Sequence record: MW879344.1
Reading direction: 5' to 3' (one strand)
Length of the DNA stretch: 64,000 nucleotides
Shown: positions 44,881-57,916 of the stretch, one piece after another
Position numbering within the stretch: the first letter of the stretch is position 1
Layout of the letters: each line of letters opens with the position of its first letter
The notes under the pieces: model-generated
The model's database searches: none
Told to the model about the DNA's origin: nothing
Seen by the model: the letters and a program-made list of their open reading frames with translations, nothing else
Made by a program: the position numbers and the translations under genes

Positions 44881-45387
44881 ATGAAATCTGTTATTGCCAA
44901 TGATCAAATCACTGCAAAGAGCGTTCGCCTCGTTGATGAAAGTTCTAGTACGGTGATGGCAATTAATGCCGCATTAGATCTTGCTTACAGTAAAGAGATG
45001 GATCTAATCCAAGTCTCAGATCAAGATGTACCTGTTGTAAAAATCGCTAATTTGAACAAGTACTTGTACGATCAAAAACAAGCGGAAAAAGAATCCAAAA
45101 AGAAACAACGCCAAAATGCTACCCAAGTAAAAGAGGTTCAGTTTTCTTTTGGTACACAGGAAAATGATTTAAATACTAAAGCGAAGTCGGCACAGAAATT
45201 CATTTCTGAGGGCAAGCAAGTACGTATCGTGATGAAAATCCAAGGACGTACTAATTCCAATCCTAACATTCTTAAACAAAATACTGATTGTATGGGTAAC
45301 TTTGTTACTCGTTTAGGTGATGTAGATTTTGTACAAAACATTGCAGTACAAGGTAATAACGTTACCTGCACAGTTAAAGCGAAGTAA
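44881..45387 (+). CDS. infC: translation initiation factor IF-3
   Basis: ANDQITAKSVRLVDE, ALDLAYSKEMDLIQVS, PVVKI..KYLY, VKEVQFS, FISEGKQVRIVMKIQGR. Confidence 0.93.
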   Translation: MKSVIANDQITAKSVRLVDESSSTVMAINAALDLAYSKEMDLIQVSDQDVPVVKIANLNKYLYDQKQAEKESKKKQRQNATQVKEVQFSFGTQENDLNTKAKSAQKFISEGKQVRIVMKIQGRTNSNPNILKQNTDCMGNFVTRLGDVDFVQNIAVQGNNVTCTVKAK

Positions 45388-45393
45388 CTTTAT

Positions 45394-45421
45394 AAGGGGG
45401 TAAATAATTTTTTACCCTCTT
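45394..45421. other. hairpin with TAAATA at the apex
   Basis: AAGGGGGTAAA-taattt-TTTACCCTCTT; no U tract. Confidence 0.5.
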
Positions 45422-45439
45422 AACAACTGGAGTATTATT

Positions 45440-45961
45440 ATGAAGAATATTGAACGTGAAGTGTTCTCCCTACCTAATATGGAAGTAGTGAAAGCATCTT
45501 ACAAGAACTCGGTATATTATATTGCTGGCTCAAATGATATTACCGAATATGTTAAAATCATCAAAGCAACACAAGACATGGATGACTTAGACGCAATTAC
45601 TTACGGTCTAGATCTGTATTTGCGAGATCATCCAGAAAACAGTCAATTAGCAGTACCGCTATTCGACGTAGTACTGTTGAATGATTCAAGCACTAGTTTT
45701 GATTATGTAATTCATATTGTTAATGATCTGTTCCGTAAAGATGTTAATGAAGCTTATGATATTGCTAATCTAATTCATACTAATGGATTCTGTGAAGTTG
45801 GTACATATCCATATGAATTGGCACATACATTTGCATGTATGGTTGAAACTGCAAATATGCAAACTAAACAACAACTTCAAACAGATATTGTTCCATCACA
45901 TGTTGATCCACTAGCAGTGATTGAGCAGTTGATTCGTCGTGATCATCCAGACGACATTTAA
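45440..45961 (+). CDS. clpS: ClpS-like N-degron adaptor with N-terminal extension
   Basis: DVVLLNDSSTSFDYVIHIV..F...EAYDIANLIHTNG..EVGTYPYELA aligns with the ClpS core. Confidence 0.8.
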   Translation: MKNIEREVFSLPNMEVVKASYKNSVYYIAGSNDITEYVKIIKATQDMDDLDAITYGLDLYLRDHPENSQLAVPLFDVVLLNDSSTSFDYVIHIVNDLFRKDVNEAYDIANLIHTNGFCEVGTYPYELAHTFACMVETANMQTKQQLQTDIVPSHVDPLAVIEQLIRRDHPDDI

Positions 45962-45967
45962 TACAAC

Positions 45968-48132
<2,165 letters not shown>

Positions 48133-48133
<1 letters not shown>

Positions 48134-50565
48134 TGCCTAGTAAAAGTAAAGCACAAGCTAGGTTCATGGCAGCAGCCGCACACAATCCAGCTTTCGCAAA
48201 GGAAGCTGGAATTAGTACTAAGGCAGCGAAAGAATGGAACCAAGCTGATGAAAAAGAAGGTAATTTGAAAAAAAGTTCAAATAAACCTGATCATATTAAG
48301 GAAGAAGTACTTGATGAAGCAAGAGGTGTTGGTATTTTGAATGTACCACCAGCATTGATTGATAAAGTACGTAGATATGTTGGTTCAATTCTTTTAACAA
48401 TGGGATTAATGAAACAACATGATTTGAAGAATCAAGGTAGAGAACAAGAGTCAACAGCATTATTAAACTACTTAAAACGTTTCCAGCAAAAATATAATGC
48501 AGCCGTACTATCTCCTACAGATCTTAAAAAATATATAAACAGTATTAGTACTTTAAATTTAGATTCAGATGCGATTTATAATCAATTACCAGAGAATATA
48601 AAAAAGAATCCTAAAACAAAAGAATTACTTCAAAATCTACGAATGAAATTGCGTATCAATAATCAATTAACAGATCGTGGTGGTAGTAATCAAACAGTTG
48701 GAAATTTGAATGTTCAAGAGATTGGAATTCCATCATATAATCATGATTTGAAAAATGCTGATTTAGATAGTGTAGTTCATTCAATGAATTATTCTATGGG
48801 AACGATTGAACATGAATTACAACATGCAATTCAAACAACAGTACTTGGTAAGTTAAATCCTAAAGATCAACAAACACATACTGATCCAAATTATCGTGAT
48901 AGAATCAATCATCCAGATGCATATTATGCAAGTGGTATTGAATATGGACCACAAGTAAAAGACCTTGCAAATACTGCCAACCATTGGTTAGAAGAACATC
49001 CAGAAGATTTAACTGGTAATAAAAATACTGATATAAGTAATGCAATTAAATTTGCTATGTCTAAAATTAGCCAAGGTAAGATTATTCAAGCATTGCGGAA
49101 TTATAAACATGATGACCGTGCAAATAAAGCAATGAAATTAATTTACCGAGAAGTTAGTAAATTTTATGATAATGATTTAAAAAATACTGATGACCATGAA
49201 TTAGATAGAAAAGAACAAGATGTATTCAACGATGTTGAAGATACTAGACGTTCATTAGAATATCCAGAACATGGCGATAGTTGGATGGGTGATATGTGGT
49301 TAGCATATAATGAGTATTTTGGTGAACAACCAAAGGCTTCAGGTTCATGGGACGATATTCAAGACCTAAGATTTAAACGTCCATATGGAGAAGTTGATTT
49401 CGAGAAAGGAACAACTGGAATACATATGTATGTTAGAACCAATGATAAAGATACATCATTTCATATGGAACTATCACCAAAGGCCGCTAGAATGGCAATA
49501 AATTATGTTTCATATTTTAGTACATACGCCACATTAACTAAGTTAAAAGATATATTAACTGATGAAATGACTCCTAATGTTGATTTGGCAAAAGCTGATG
49601 ATATTATTGTATATCAAAATAATGTTTCTGAGACATTCAATGATGATTCTAATAAAAATATTGATATTCAATATATTGAAGATGAAAGTACAATATATGT
49701 TGCATTTAACGGTGTTAGGCATACAATGTATGTACAAGAAAATGGCAAAAAATATATGATTGGTTATGGTGATGATGACTCATCATGTAAGAGTTCAGAT
49801 TTCAAGATAGTTATTGAAATGTTATTTGAATTTTATTATGATGAAAATAATACACCAAGAGAAACACAACGTGTCCTTCGTAACATAGTTAGAAATGGGA
49901 TAACTCCAGATGAGGTGGAAAGCTCAATGAGATATGCAAAAGAATTATCTAAAAAAGAACCAGAACTTCAAGAATCAAGTATGCGTAGTTGGGTAGATGT
50001 TGTCCAGAATGCAGAGCTAGAGCATGATATTGATGATGCTGATGAACAAACTTTAATTAACACAGATCGTATTGATGAAATGCCTCTTAAATACGATTCC
50101 TTTATGGGAATGGACCCACAGATTTATGTGGATAAAGAAGCCCAAAAGAACAAACCTCAAAACATGAAACCAATAAACAATCATGGTGAGTGGACAACTT
50201 ATCGTGGTAAAAATGGTTACATGGCGTATGATAATGATACTGGAGAAGCATTAGCTACAGTTGAAGGTCATGAAGATGATGGTTGGTTTAATGTTGATGT
50301 AACGGCATCTAGCCGTTCGGTTAAAGGTGTTGTATATCAGATGTTTATGGATATTATAAAGATTGAAGGTACACCAATTCTAAGTGGAAGATTACAATCA
50401 AATGATGCTATAAATTTCTGGAAAAGACTAATTCAGTCACATAAAGTATATGTGGTAGCTAATGGTGAAGTTATTCAAGAAGCGACACCAGAAAAATTTC
50501 ATAAGTACTGGAGTGATGAAGAAGGTTCACCACAATCACAATTCCAATTTTTACTAGTCAAATAA
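48133..50565 (+). CDS. putative multidomain internal virion protein: HExxH metallopeptidase plus C-terminal GNAT-like domain
   Basis: HELQH, YYASGIEY; N-terminal MPSKSKAQARFMAAAAH motif; C-terminal ILSGRLQSNDAINFWKRL. Confidence 0.62.
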
Positions 50566-50574
50566 GGTACAAAT

Positions 50575-50940
50575 ATGATAAGCACGATTTTTATTCTACT
50601 AATAGCATTTCAAATAAAGCATTTTCTTTGTGATTACCCATTACAAGGAAGATTTATGTTAGGTAAGTTCAATAAAGAAGGTTGGGAGTTACCATTAGCT
50701 GCACATGCTGGTGTTCACTTCATAGGAACATTCTTGATTGCATTGTTCTTCGGATTCTGGATTGCATTAACAGTTGCAGTACTAGATTTTGTTATTCACT
50801 TCGTAGTTGATAAAATAAAAGTTGAAGCTTCACGCAAAACTGATCATAGTAAACCTGAGTTCTGGTGGTATCTAGGTTTAGACCAAATGGCACACCACTT
50901 AACACATTACATGATAATTGCTATATTAGTTTTACTATAA
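50575..50940 (+). CDS. DUF3307-like membrane protein
   Basis: HFLCDYPLQ, HAGVH, HFVVD, LGLDQMAH. Confidence 0.8.
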   Translation: MISTIFILLIAFQIKHFLCDYPLQGRFMLGKFNKEGWELPLAAHAGVHFIGTFLIALFFGFWIALTVAVLDFVIHFVVDKIKVEASRKTDHSKPEFWWYLGLDQMAHHLTHYMIIAILVLL

Positions 50941-50945
50941 ATATT

Positions 50946-50976
50946 AACGATGCAGAGATGCATCGTTATTTTTTTT
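50946..50976 (+). terminator. intrinsic terminator
   Basis: AACGATGCA-gaga-TGCATCGTT plus T tract. Confidence 0.82.
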
Positions 50977-51004
50977 GAAACAAAGAAACAAATTATGCTA
51001 TAAT
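50976..51004 (+). promoter_or_regulatory. middle-type promoter TGAAAC-N17-TATAAT
   Basis: Heads the topoisomerase operon. Confidence 0.82.
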
Positions 51005-51037
51005 ATACTGGCTAAGAAACAATAAAAGGAATTAGAA

Positions 51038-53026
51038 ATGGCAAAGGAAAAGAAAAGTTCTGTTCTAGCTGAACACGGTGTTCAACAATTAACTGAATAT
51101 CAACATGCTCGAATCCGTACTGAAATGTACTTAGGTTCGAAGTCTGAACATGAGCAACCAGTTCTTCTATTCAACGAAGATGGTTATACTGTGCAAAATT
51201 TAGGTTGGGTTCCTGCCCTATTAACATCATTCCGAGAAATCGTTGATAACTCGTTAGATGAATTCGTTAAAGCTGGTACTAAAGATCCAGTACTACGTGT
51301 TACATATAATGAAGATGAACTTGATTTTGAAATTAGCGATAACGGTCGTGGTATTCCAATTGATTATGTTCCAGAAACACAAAAACATGTGTGTACTATG
51401 GTACTAACCGAGATGAAAACTGGTCGTAACTTTAATGATGATGAACGTAACAATGTCGTTGGTATGAACGGTCTTGGTGGTTCAGTTGTTATGATTGTAA
51501 GTGAGAAAGCTGAAATCGAAATTCACCGTGCAGGTAAACCTTACAAAACTGACAAAGCAAATGCCGAATATGATGGTATGTATAAATTCACACAAAAGTT
51601 CACTGAAGGTACAGCAATGTTCCCTGAACTTGGAATTGAAGAACCAAGTATTCGTAAAGTAAAAGCTGATAAGACTGGAACTACGGTTCGATTCAAAATC
51701 AGTAAAGAAGTATTCAAAGTACACACACTACCTATTCAACTAGTATATAGTATTCTTAAAGAAGTTGCAGCGGCGAATCCATCGTACAAAATCTTTTTGA
51801 ATGATCAACGAATTACTGTGAATAAAAAAGGTTTATTTAGTTCTGCTAAGAATACAATGACTCTTAAAGTTGATGACAGTGAAACTGGACTTGACAGTAC
51901 TTTCTACATTGTACCCAATGTAGTACAGGGTCTTAACAAGAACCTACATATGCAAGGTCTTGTTAACAACGCACCATCACTAGAAGGTGGTACACACTTA
52001 GATACGTTCCAACAGAAATTTGCACTTGGTGTTATCAATGCATTGGATCGTATTCCAAAAAATAGAAAACGCAATCTAAAACCAAACCGTTCTGATATTG
52101 AAGAAGGTCTGTTGATTTACAACATCACTAAGATGAATACACCAACATTCAACTCTCAAATCAAAACAAAACTAACTAATGAAAACGTCATAAAGCCAGT
52201 ACAAAACGCAATGAGCGATGAATTCTTTAATGAACTTGTTAAGAAAAATACCGAGTGGGTTGAAGAAATTTATACTCGTTGTGCTGAACGTACCAATAAA
52301 AAGGATGCAGACGAAGATCGTAAAATGGCAAAACGTCTTCTAAAAGGCAAAGTAGCTAAACTACGTGATGCAAATGGTCAAAACCGAAGTGAATGTATTC
52401 TTCTAATTGCAGAAGGTGATTCAGCAGTAAGTTCTATGACAGCGGCACGTAACTCTACTATTCATGGCATTCTTCCATTACGTGGTAAGATTCAAAACGT
52501 AAATGGAAAAGAGAAGACAAAAGATCTAATGGGTACTGCGGATAAGCCATCTGCAATTCATGATATTATGGCTTCTCTAAACATTGTTCCTGGCGAAAAA
52601 GCAGTTCGTTCAAATATGAACTTCGGTAAACTTTATATCTGTGCAGATGAAGATGAAGATGGTAAGAACATCGGTGCTCTAGTAGTAAACTTCTTCTATA
52701 AATTCTGGCCTGAATTGTTTGCTGATCCAGAAGATCCATTCATTTATATTTTCAAAACCCCATTCATTATTTTAGAAAAGGGTAAAGAATCTAAGTACTA
52801 CTATGGTCATAATGTCCATGAGTATAATCCTGATGATTGGAAAGGTTGGAAAGCAACTCGTGCTAAAGGGTTAGGTACTCTTGAAGTATCAAACTTCAGA
52901 GATGCACTAGCAAATGGTGTAGCAATCGCAATTACTGATGATGGTTCATTAGGGGAAACTCTAGATCTTATCTTCAATAAAGAACGTGCTGATGACCGTA
53001 AAGAATGGACTAAAGAAGACATGTAA
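51038..53026 (+). CDS. type IIA topoisomerase ATPase/TOPRIM subunit (T4 gp39+gp60 fused, GyrB-like)
   Basis: EIVDNSLDE, DNGRGIP, GMNGLGG, AEGDSA, PLRGK, DEDEDG, KGLGT. Confidence 0.96.
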   Translation: MAKEKKSSVLAEHGVQQLTEYQHARIRTEMYLGSKSEHEQPVLLFNEDGYTVQNLGWVPALLTSFREIVDNSLDEFVKAGTKDPVLRVTYNEDELDFEISDNGRGIPIDYVPETQKHVCTMVLTEMKTGRNFNDDERNNVVGMNGLGGSVVMIVSEKAEIEIHRAGKPYKTDKANAEYDGMYKFTQKFTEGTAMFPELGIEEPSIRKVKADKTGTTVRFKISKEVFKVHTLPIQLVYSILKEVAAANPSYKIFLNDQRITVNKKGLFSSAKNTMTLKVDDSETGLDSTFYIVPNVVQGLNKNLHMQGLVNNAPSLEGGTHLDTFQQKFALGVINALDRIPKNRKRNLKPNRSDIEEGLLIYNITKMNTPTFNSQIKTKLTNENVIKPVQNAMSDEFFNELVKKNTEWVEEIYTRCAERTNKKDADEDRKMAKRLLKGKVAKLRDANGQNRSECILLIAEGDSAVSSMTAARNSTIHGILPLRGKIQNVNGKEKTKDLMGTADKPSAIHDIMASLNIVPGEKAVRSNMNFGKLYICADEDEDGKNIGALVVNFFYKFWPELFADPEDPFIYIFKTPFIILEKGKESKYYYGHNVHEYNPDDWKGWKATRAKGLGTLEVSNFRDALANGVAIAITDDGSLGETLDLIFNKERADDRKEWTKEDM

Positions 53027-53034
53027 AAATTAGT

Positions 53035-53053
53035 GGGGTACATGAAGTACCCT
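53035..53053 (+). other. intercistronic hairpin between topoisomerase genes
   Basis: GGGGTAC-atgaa-GTACCCT; weak U tract. Confidence 0.45.
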
Positions 53054-53076
53054 CAAATATCAAAGAGGCAAATGGA

Positions 53077-54486
53077 ATGCGTAAACCTAAAAAAATTGCA
53101 GAAGTAGTTCCTAATGAACTAACTCTATTGAACTTTCAAAGTTCAGACTATATTAACCAATCATCCCTAGAATATGCGTTAAGTACTTTTGACCGTTCTC
53201 TACCAGGGATTGATGGTTTTAAAAACTCACAACGAAAAGCAATCTTTACTCTAAGTAAAATTAGTGGTGAGATCAAAACAGTATCTTGTGCAGGTCGTAT
53301 GATTAGTGATGGTATCTATCTACACGGCGATGCTTCAGCTAGTGGTACATTACAAAATCTAGCTAGTCCAGTAGTTAACAACTATCCACTAATTGGAAAG
53401 CGTGGTGGATTTGGTACACAGGTAAATCCTGAACCAGCTAGTCCACGTTATACTTATGTGAAGAAAACTAAAATTACTGAAGCTTTAGTACTTCGTGATT
53501 TAGATGTTGTTCCGATGCAAGAGAACTATGATGGTACAACATATGAACCAAAATTCTTCTTACCATTAATTCCACTAGCGTTACTAGGAGTAGATGGAAC
53601 AGCGACAGCATATAAAAGTTTTATTTTTCCTTATCGTATGAATGATATTATTGATAATACTATTCGTGCTATTGATGGTAAAGAATTACTACCAATGACT
53701 CCATACTATGCAAGTTATGGTGCTAACGATTATGTTGAAGATCGTGGAGAAGGTAAGTATACATTCTTTGGTAAAGCTGAAGTTATTGATGCAAGTACTG
53801 TGAGAATTACTGGTTTATCACCACGTATGAAACTAGAAAAATTTGTTGAAGATTTGATTGCAATGGAAGATTCTGGTAAAATTCGTAGTTATGATGATAA
53901 CAGTTCAGGTAAAGTAGATATTACCATTAAACTACCACGTGGTCTTAGTACTACATGGAACGAAATGGATGTGCTTCAATATTTTGACATTTCAACAAAA
54001 TTAGCACATACCCTTAATGTTTTAGGTGAAAATGGAAAAGTAAAAAGTTACACCGATGTTCAGAGTATAATCTCGGACTTCGTTCAGTTCAGATTCAAGT
54101 ACTACATTAAACGTTATGAAAAGTTACTTGCTGACGCAGATGCAGAGGTTCGTTATAAAATTCTTGTAAAAGAATGTTTTGATAACGACATGACTGGTAA
54201 GATTAAATCTTTCCAAAACCGTGCAGAACTAGTAGAATTTGTTACTTCATTGAATAATGAAATTGAAGCATCAGATGAAAATATTCAAGGCATTGTTAAT
54301 TTCCCAAGTTATCGGTGGACTCAAGAAAACTATGATAAAGTACTTCAAGATATTGAAGATGCATTAGCTAAGATGGATGAGTATAATGATTTGCTTGCTA
54401 ATCATGATAAAATCTGGAATATCTACAAAGATGAACTTATTGAACTACGTAATATGAACATCGAATACAAAGAAGATACTGAATAA
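53077..54486 (+). CDS. gp52: type IIA topoisomerase DNA-cleavage subunit (T4 gp52, GyrA-like)
   Basis: DGFKNSQRK, YLHGDAS, catalytic ASPRYT. Confidence 0.95.
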   Translation: MRKPKKIAEVVPNELTLLNFQSSDYINQSSLEYALSTFDRSLPGIDGFKNSQRKAIFTLSKISGEIKTVSCAGRMISDGIYLHGDASASGTLQNLASPVVNNYPLIGKRGGFGTQVNPEPASPRYTYVKKTKITEALVLRDLDVVPMQENYDGTTYEPKFFLPLIPLALLGVDGTATAYKSFIFPYRMNDIIDNTIRAIDGKELLPMTPYYASYGANDYVEDRGEGKYTFFGKAEVIDASTVRITGLSPRMKLEKFVEDLIAMEDSGKIRSYDDNSSGKVDITIKLPRGLSTTWNEMDVLQYFDISTKLAHTLNVLGENGKVKSYTDVQSIISDFVQFRFKYYIKRYEKLLADADAEVRYKILVKECFDNDMTGKIKSFQNRAELVEFVTSLNNEIEASDENIQGIVNFPSYRWTQENYDKVLQDIEDALAKMDEYNDLLANHDKIWNIYKDELIELRNMNIEYKEDTE

Positions 54487-54490
54487 ACCA

Positions 54491-54519
54491 AAAGGACGCA
54501 TTAGCGTCCTTTATTTTTT
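54491..54519 (+). terminator. intrinsic terminator (AAGGACGC family)
   Basis: AAGGACGC-atta-GCGTCCTT-tattttt. Confidence 0.8.
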
Positions 54520-54534
54520 AATTGCGAACATATA

Positions 54535-54541
54535 ATAAATA
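54535..54541 (+). promoter_or_regulatory. putative late promoter
   Basis: ATAAATA after a terminator and 33 nt before the 1009-aa gene. Confidence 0.6.
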
Positions 54542-54574
54542 CCACAAAGCTTTTTATGTTTTTGGAGATAATAT

Positions 54575-57500
54575 ATGGCAAACTTCGAACCCAAATGGGA
54601 TTTGAGAGCTGATACCAATTCAATTAAAGAAGGACAGACCACATACTTTAGACTGCGAATTTCTAAAAGTCAAACAACTTCACCAAATAATGAATATGTA
54701 CTTCAAGATGATCAATATCTTGAATTTACATTTAACATTGTTGGGGCAGGGGAAACTTTAGAAGAACGTGATTTTAATGTATCTATAGGTGAAAGTACTT
54801 CTTCTTTAGTTCCAATCGGTGAAGCTGGAACTGGAACCCCTCATATTCAGGGTAAACATGTAGTAAAACTTAGTAGAAAAGATTTCCAATTAAGTTCAAG
54901 CGTAACATTCATTGATGCATTCTTTTTTAAAATAGAATGTCCTGAAGATGGTATATGGGATGGTCCAGAATCATTAACATTTAACATTGACAGCATAAAT
55001 GAAATTACTCTTTTAGATGGTCAAATTGCAAATACAATGCCAAGTGGGGTATTGGGAACTAGTACACAAGTACTGAATTATAATACTGCTGGAGAAATTT
55101 GGCTAACACCTAATTTAACGACCCACGGTGATAATCTTTATACAATTGGTGGTATTGGATATGGTGCCGAAAGTAGATTGTTCATTCAAGCATTTGGACA
55201 AAGTAGAACAATAAATGGTGTAACTAATGTTTTTATGCCATCGTATGAAGTGCAAGATATAACAATGTCAGATATTCCATCTGAACATATTACTGGTTCA
55301 GGAACAATTTTAGTACCGGATGAATCGGCACTACCTTCTATTCCAGAATATCCTATAACTTTAGGTACTACTAGGAATCAAATAAATTCATTTTATATGA
55401 AGAATGTTGCTAATTTAATGTCTGGTGCTGGTTGTATTATTCAAGGAACTACACTAACAGATCATAATAATGAACTCTATTATAGTTATGGAATAAGAGT
55501 ATATGCAAATACTGGTTTCAAATTAATGTGTCCAGCAGAAGCAGAAAGTATATATGTAAGTAATGTAAATGCTGTAAATGCAGGTGGTATAAATTCTTCA
55601 TTGTCTGAATTAACAGAATATGGTATATTAGATACGAACAAAATTGGTAGATGTGATATATATGGTAATGTAAAACATGAACCACAAACAATAGTCTTAC
55701 CACCATCCACTACCGGTGGTCAAATGGTAATTTATATTCGAGTTAAGGTTAGTAATACAATTTGCCCACCTTGGATTTCATTTAATGTAATATCATTTAA
55801 TAGTCCAATTCTAAAATCTTCTAATACATTGGATAATAGAATTTATATTAACACAAACAGTACTGCATTAAATTCAGTTGAACTAGATAACATTTTACAT
55901 GCAGCAGTTGCTGGTTCTGGATGGACAACATCATATAATGCCAATAATACAAAAAATCAAGTACCAAATACTATAGAACCAGTTGAGATTCGAAAATTAG
56001 AGGAAAACTCTATTATGATCAGAGATGAAATTGGAAATATGGTACAATCAGGATTGAAATTTAATGCTAATGGACAATTTGTTCAAACATTCATTTATGA
56101 TTCAGAACCAGTAGATGCATATTTTCGTGCAACTATTCTTTCTATAAAGGATTTTTATAATACTGATACTGATGCATACTATGTTGGTAAAAGATTCCGT
56201 GCATATAATGTATGGGTTTGTCCAGCAGATGTTACTAACTTCTCAACAAAACCAAAACCTGGACATTTATATCAATTAAAAGATACTAAAGTATATCCTT
56301 ATGTTGTTAAAGATACTGTTGTTGAAGGTATAACTAAAATTTTATTTGAAGAAGATAAATGGTACGATTTAGGATTGTATAATGAATCATTAGGTGCTAA
56401 TATCATAGGTTCCGAAAGGATGTTTAGAATTGTAGTTAATGATGATACTGGTACTGATATTTCTTTTGAAACTGATTCCAACTTAGGTGAAATTCATGTT
56501 GGTGAATATTTTGGTCATACGGTTTATCCAAAAATCGTTGCAACTGGTTCAGAATTAATAACCTACACAATAAATGCAAGTACTTCACCAAATGATATTA
56601 CAAAGTACGGAATAGATTTAACTGCTGATGGATTTATTGTAGGGGAAGCATATGCATTAAGTACTGATTTTTCTGCCAATGATGACATACCTTTGCAGTT
56701 CGATGTAGTTGCAACTGGTAAAAACGGTAAATCATTGACACAACGTTTTAAAATTCGTATAGTTCGTGGTTTAGGTCAAAACTTCTTACATGCTGATATT
56801 TGTCCATCACTTTCATTAGAACGTGCATGGTTCAGAATGATTAGTACTACAGCATTTAGTAGAGCAAATTACTATCGTGCATCAGATCCAAGATATGGTG
56901 TTAAGAAAGTCCCACGCATTCTTATGAAAGAAAACTTCGTTGATCCTAATAAGAATTGGGAAGGGATAAAACAAACCGTATTAAATATTCGAAATGGTAT
57001 TGTTGATACAGCACATGGTGCACCTACACCAGATGGTTCATTCCGACTAGTACTAGGGAATTATAAATTACGTTCAGCACTTGACAATCAAGGAAATGTA
57101 CTGTATGATGTTCTATACAGAGAGTTACATTCAGAAGGAACACAAGTAAGTTTAAGTTTAAATCCATTGAAATATACTGATTATTCAACATCACTTATTT
57201 CAGAAATTTATGGTCTACGTCAAAATGTGTACAACATTGTTGGTGAAGATACTGTGAACTTATTAACTGATCCTACAGATTTGAACAATCGTGGTATAGT
57301 AGTTGATCCTATTAACGGATTATCAGTTGAAATGCTAGATACAGTTCCTCGTTATATGAACCATCCATATGTTGAAGATAACATTAAGCCAATGTACTTC
57401 CCATGTATACCAGTTGCTTACTTACAACCAGGACAAGGGGAAGTATTCTTTAATACATTGATTCAAAATAACGAACATGGTACATTACTCAATACTGAGT

Positions 57501-57604
57501 TTGAAGTTTCTGGAGTTGAATTCAGTTACTTCGTACAAGACAATGAGAGATACGTACCAGAAACCTTTATGGCCTCATTAAGAGTGCCGAACCTATTTCA
57601 ATAA
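54575..57604 (+). CDS. large virion structural protein (baseplate wedge-like)
   Basis: 1009 aa, beta-rich Ig-like character, late motif upstream. Confidence 0.6.
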   Translation: MANFEPKWDLRADTNSIKEGQTTYFRLRISKSQTTSPNNEYVLQDDQYLEFTFNIVGAGETLEERDFNVSIGESTSSLVPIGEAGTGTPHIQGKHVVKLSRKDFQLSSSVTFIDAFFFKIECPEDGIWDGPESLTFNIDSINEITLLDGQIANTMPSGVLGTSTQVLNYNTAGEIWLTPNLTTHGDNLYTIGGIGYGAESRLFIQAFGQSRTINGVTNVFMPSYEVQDITMSDIPSEHITGSGTILVPDESALPSIPEYPITLGTTRNQINSFYMKNVANLMSGAGCIIQGTTLTDHNNELYYSYGIRVYANTGFKLMCPAEAESIYVSNVNAVNAGGINSSLSELTEYGILDTNKIGRCDIYGNVKHEPQTIVLPPSTTGGQMVIYIRVKVSNTICPPWISFNVISFNSPILKSSNTLDNRIYINTNSTALNSVELDNILHAAVAGSGWTTSYNANNTKNQVPNTIEPVEIRKLEENSIMIRDEIGNMVQSGLKFNANGQFVQTFIYDSEPVDAYFRATILSIKDFYNTDTDAYYVGKRFRAYNVWVCPADVTNFSTKPKPGHLYQLKDTKVYPYVVKDTVVEGITKILFEEDKWYDLGLYNESLGANIIGSERMFRIVVNDDTGTDISFETDSNLGEIHVGEYFGHTVYPKIVATGSELITYTINASTSPNDITKYGIDLTADGFIVGEAYALSTDFSANDDIPLQFDVVATGKNGKSLTQRFKIRIVRGLGQNFLHADICPSLSLERAWFRMISTTAFSRANYYRASDPRYGVKKVPRILMKENFVDPNKNWEGIKQTVLNIRNGIVDTAHGAPTPDGSFRLVLGNYKLRSALDNQGNVLYDVLYRELHSEGTQVSLSLNPLKYTDYSTSLISEIYGLRQNVYNIVGEDTVNLLTDPTDLNNRGIVVDPINGLSVEMLDTVPRYMNHPYVEDNIKPMYFPCIPVAYLQPGQGEVFFNTLIQNNEHGTLLNTEFEVSGVEFSYFVQDNERYVPETFMASLRVPNLFQ

Positions 57605-57613
57605 GGAGGATTT

Positions 57614-57916
57614 ATGTTTCATCCGTTTTTCGATCCTTCATCTTTAAGTGATAAAGAACTTTATGATAAAATCACTGAAGTTTCGCTTCGTATAAGTGCT
57701 GCTCGTTCAGCAGGTATACAATACGAAATGATACAATCTATGTTCACCGTAATTCAAGCTTGTGAGTTTGAGATTCAGAATCGCCAAGCTCACAAAGACT
57801 TGGAGCAAGCGGCAAAAGAAGATAATTGTATTTTTGATTCAGACAGCTATTTAAATGACAAAGATGATAAGAAACATGAAAGTACAAGAAAACAGAACTA
57901 TAAGCGAGGATGGTGA
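57614..57916 (+). CDS. hypothetical protein
   Basis: AGGAGG SD; overlaps the dnaE N-fragment. Confidence 0.65.
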   Translation: MFHPFFDPSSLSDKELYDKITEVSLRISAARSAGIQYEMIQSMFTVIQACEFEIQNRQAHKDLEQAAKEDNCIFDSDSYLNDKDDKKHESTRKQNYKRGW

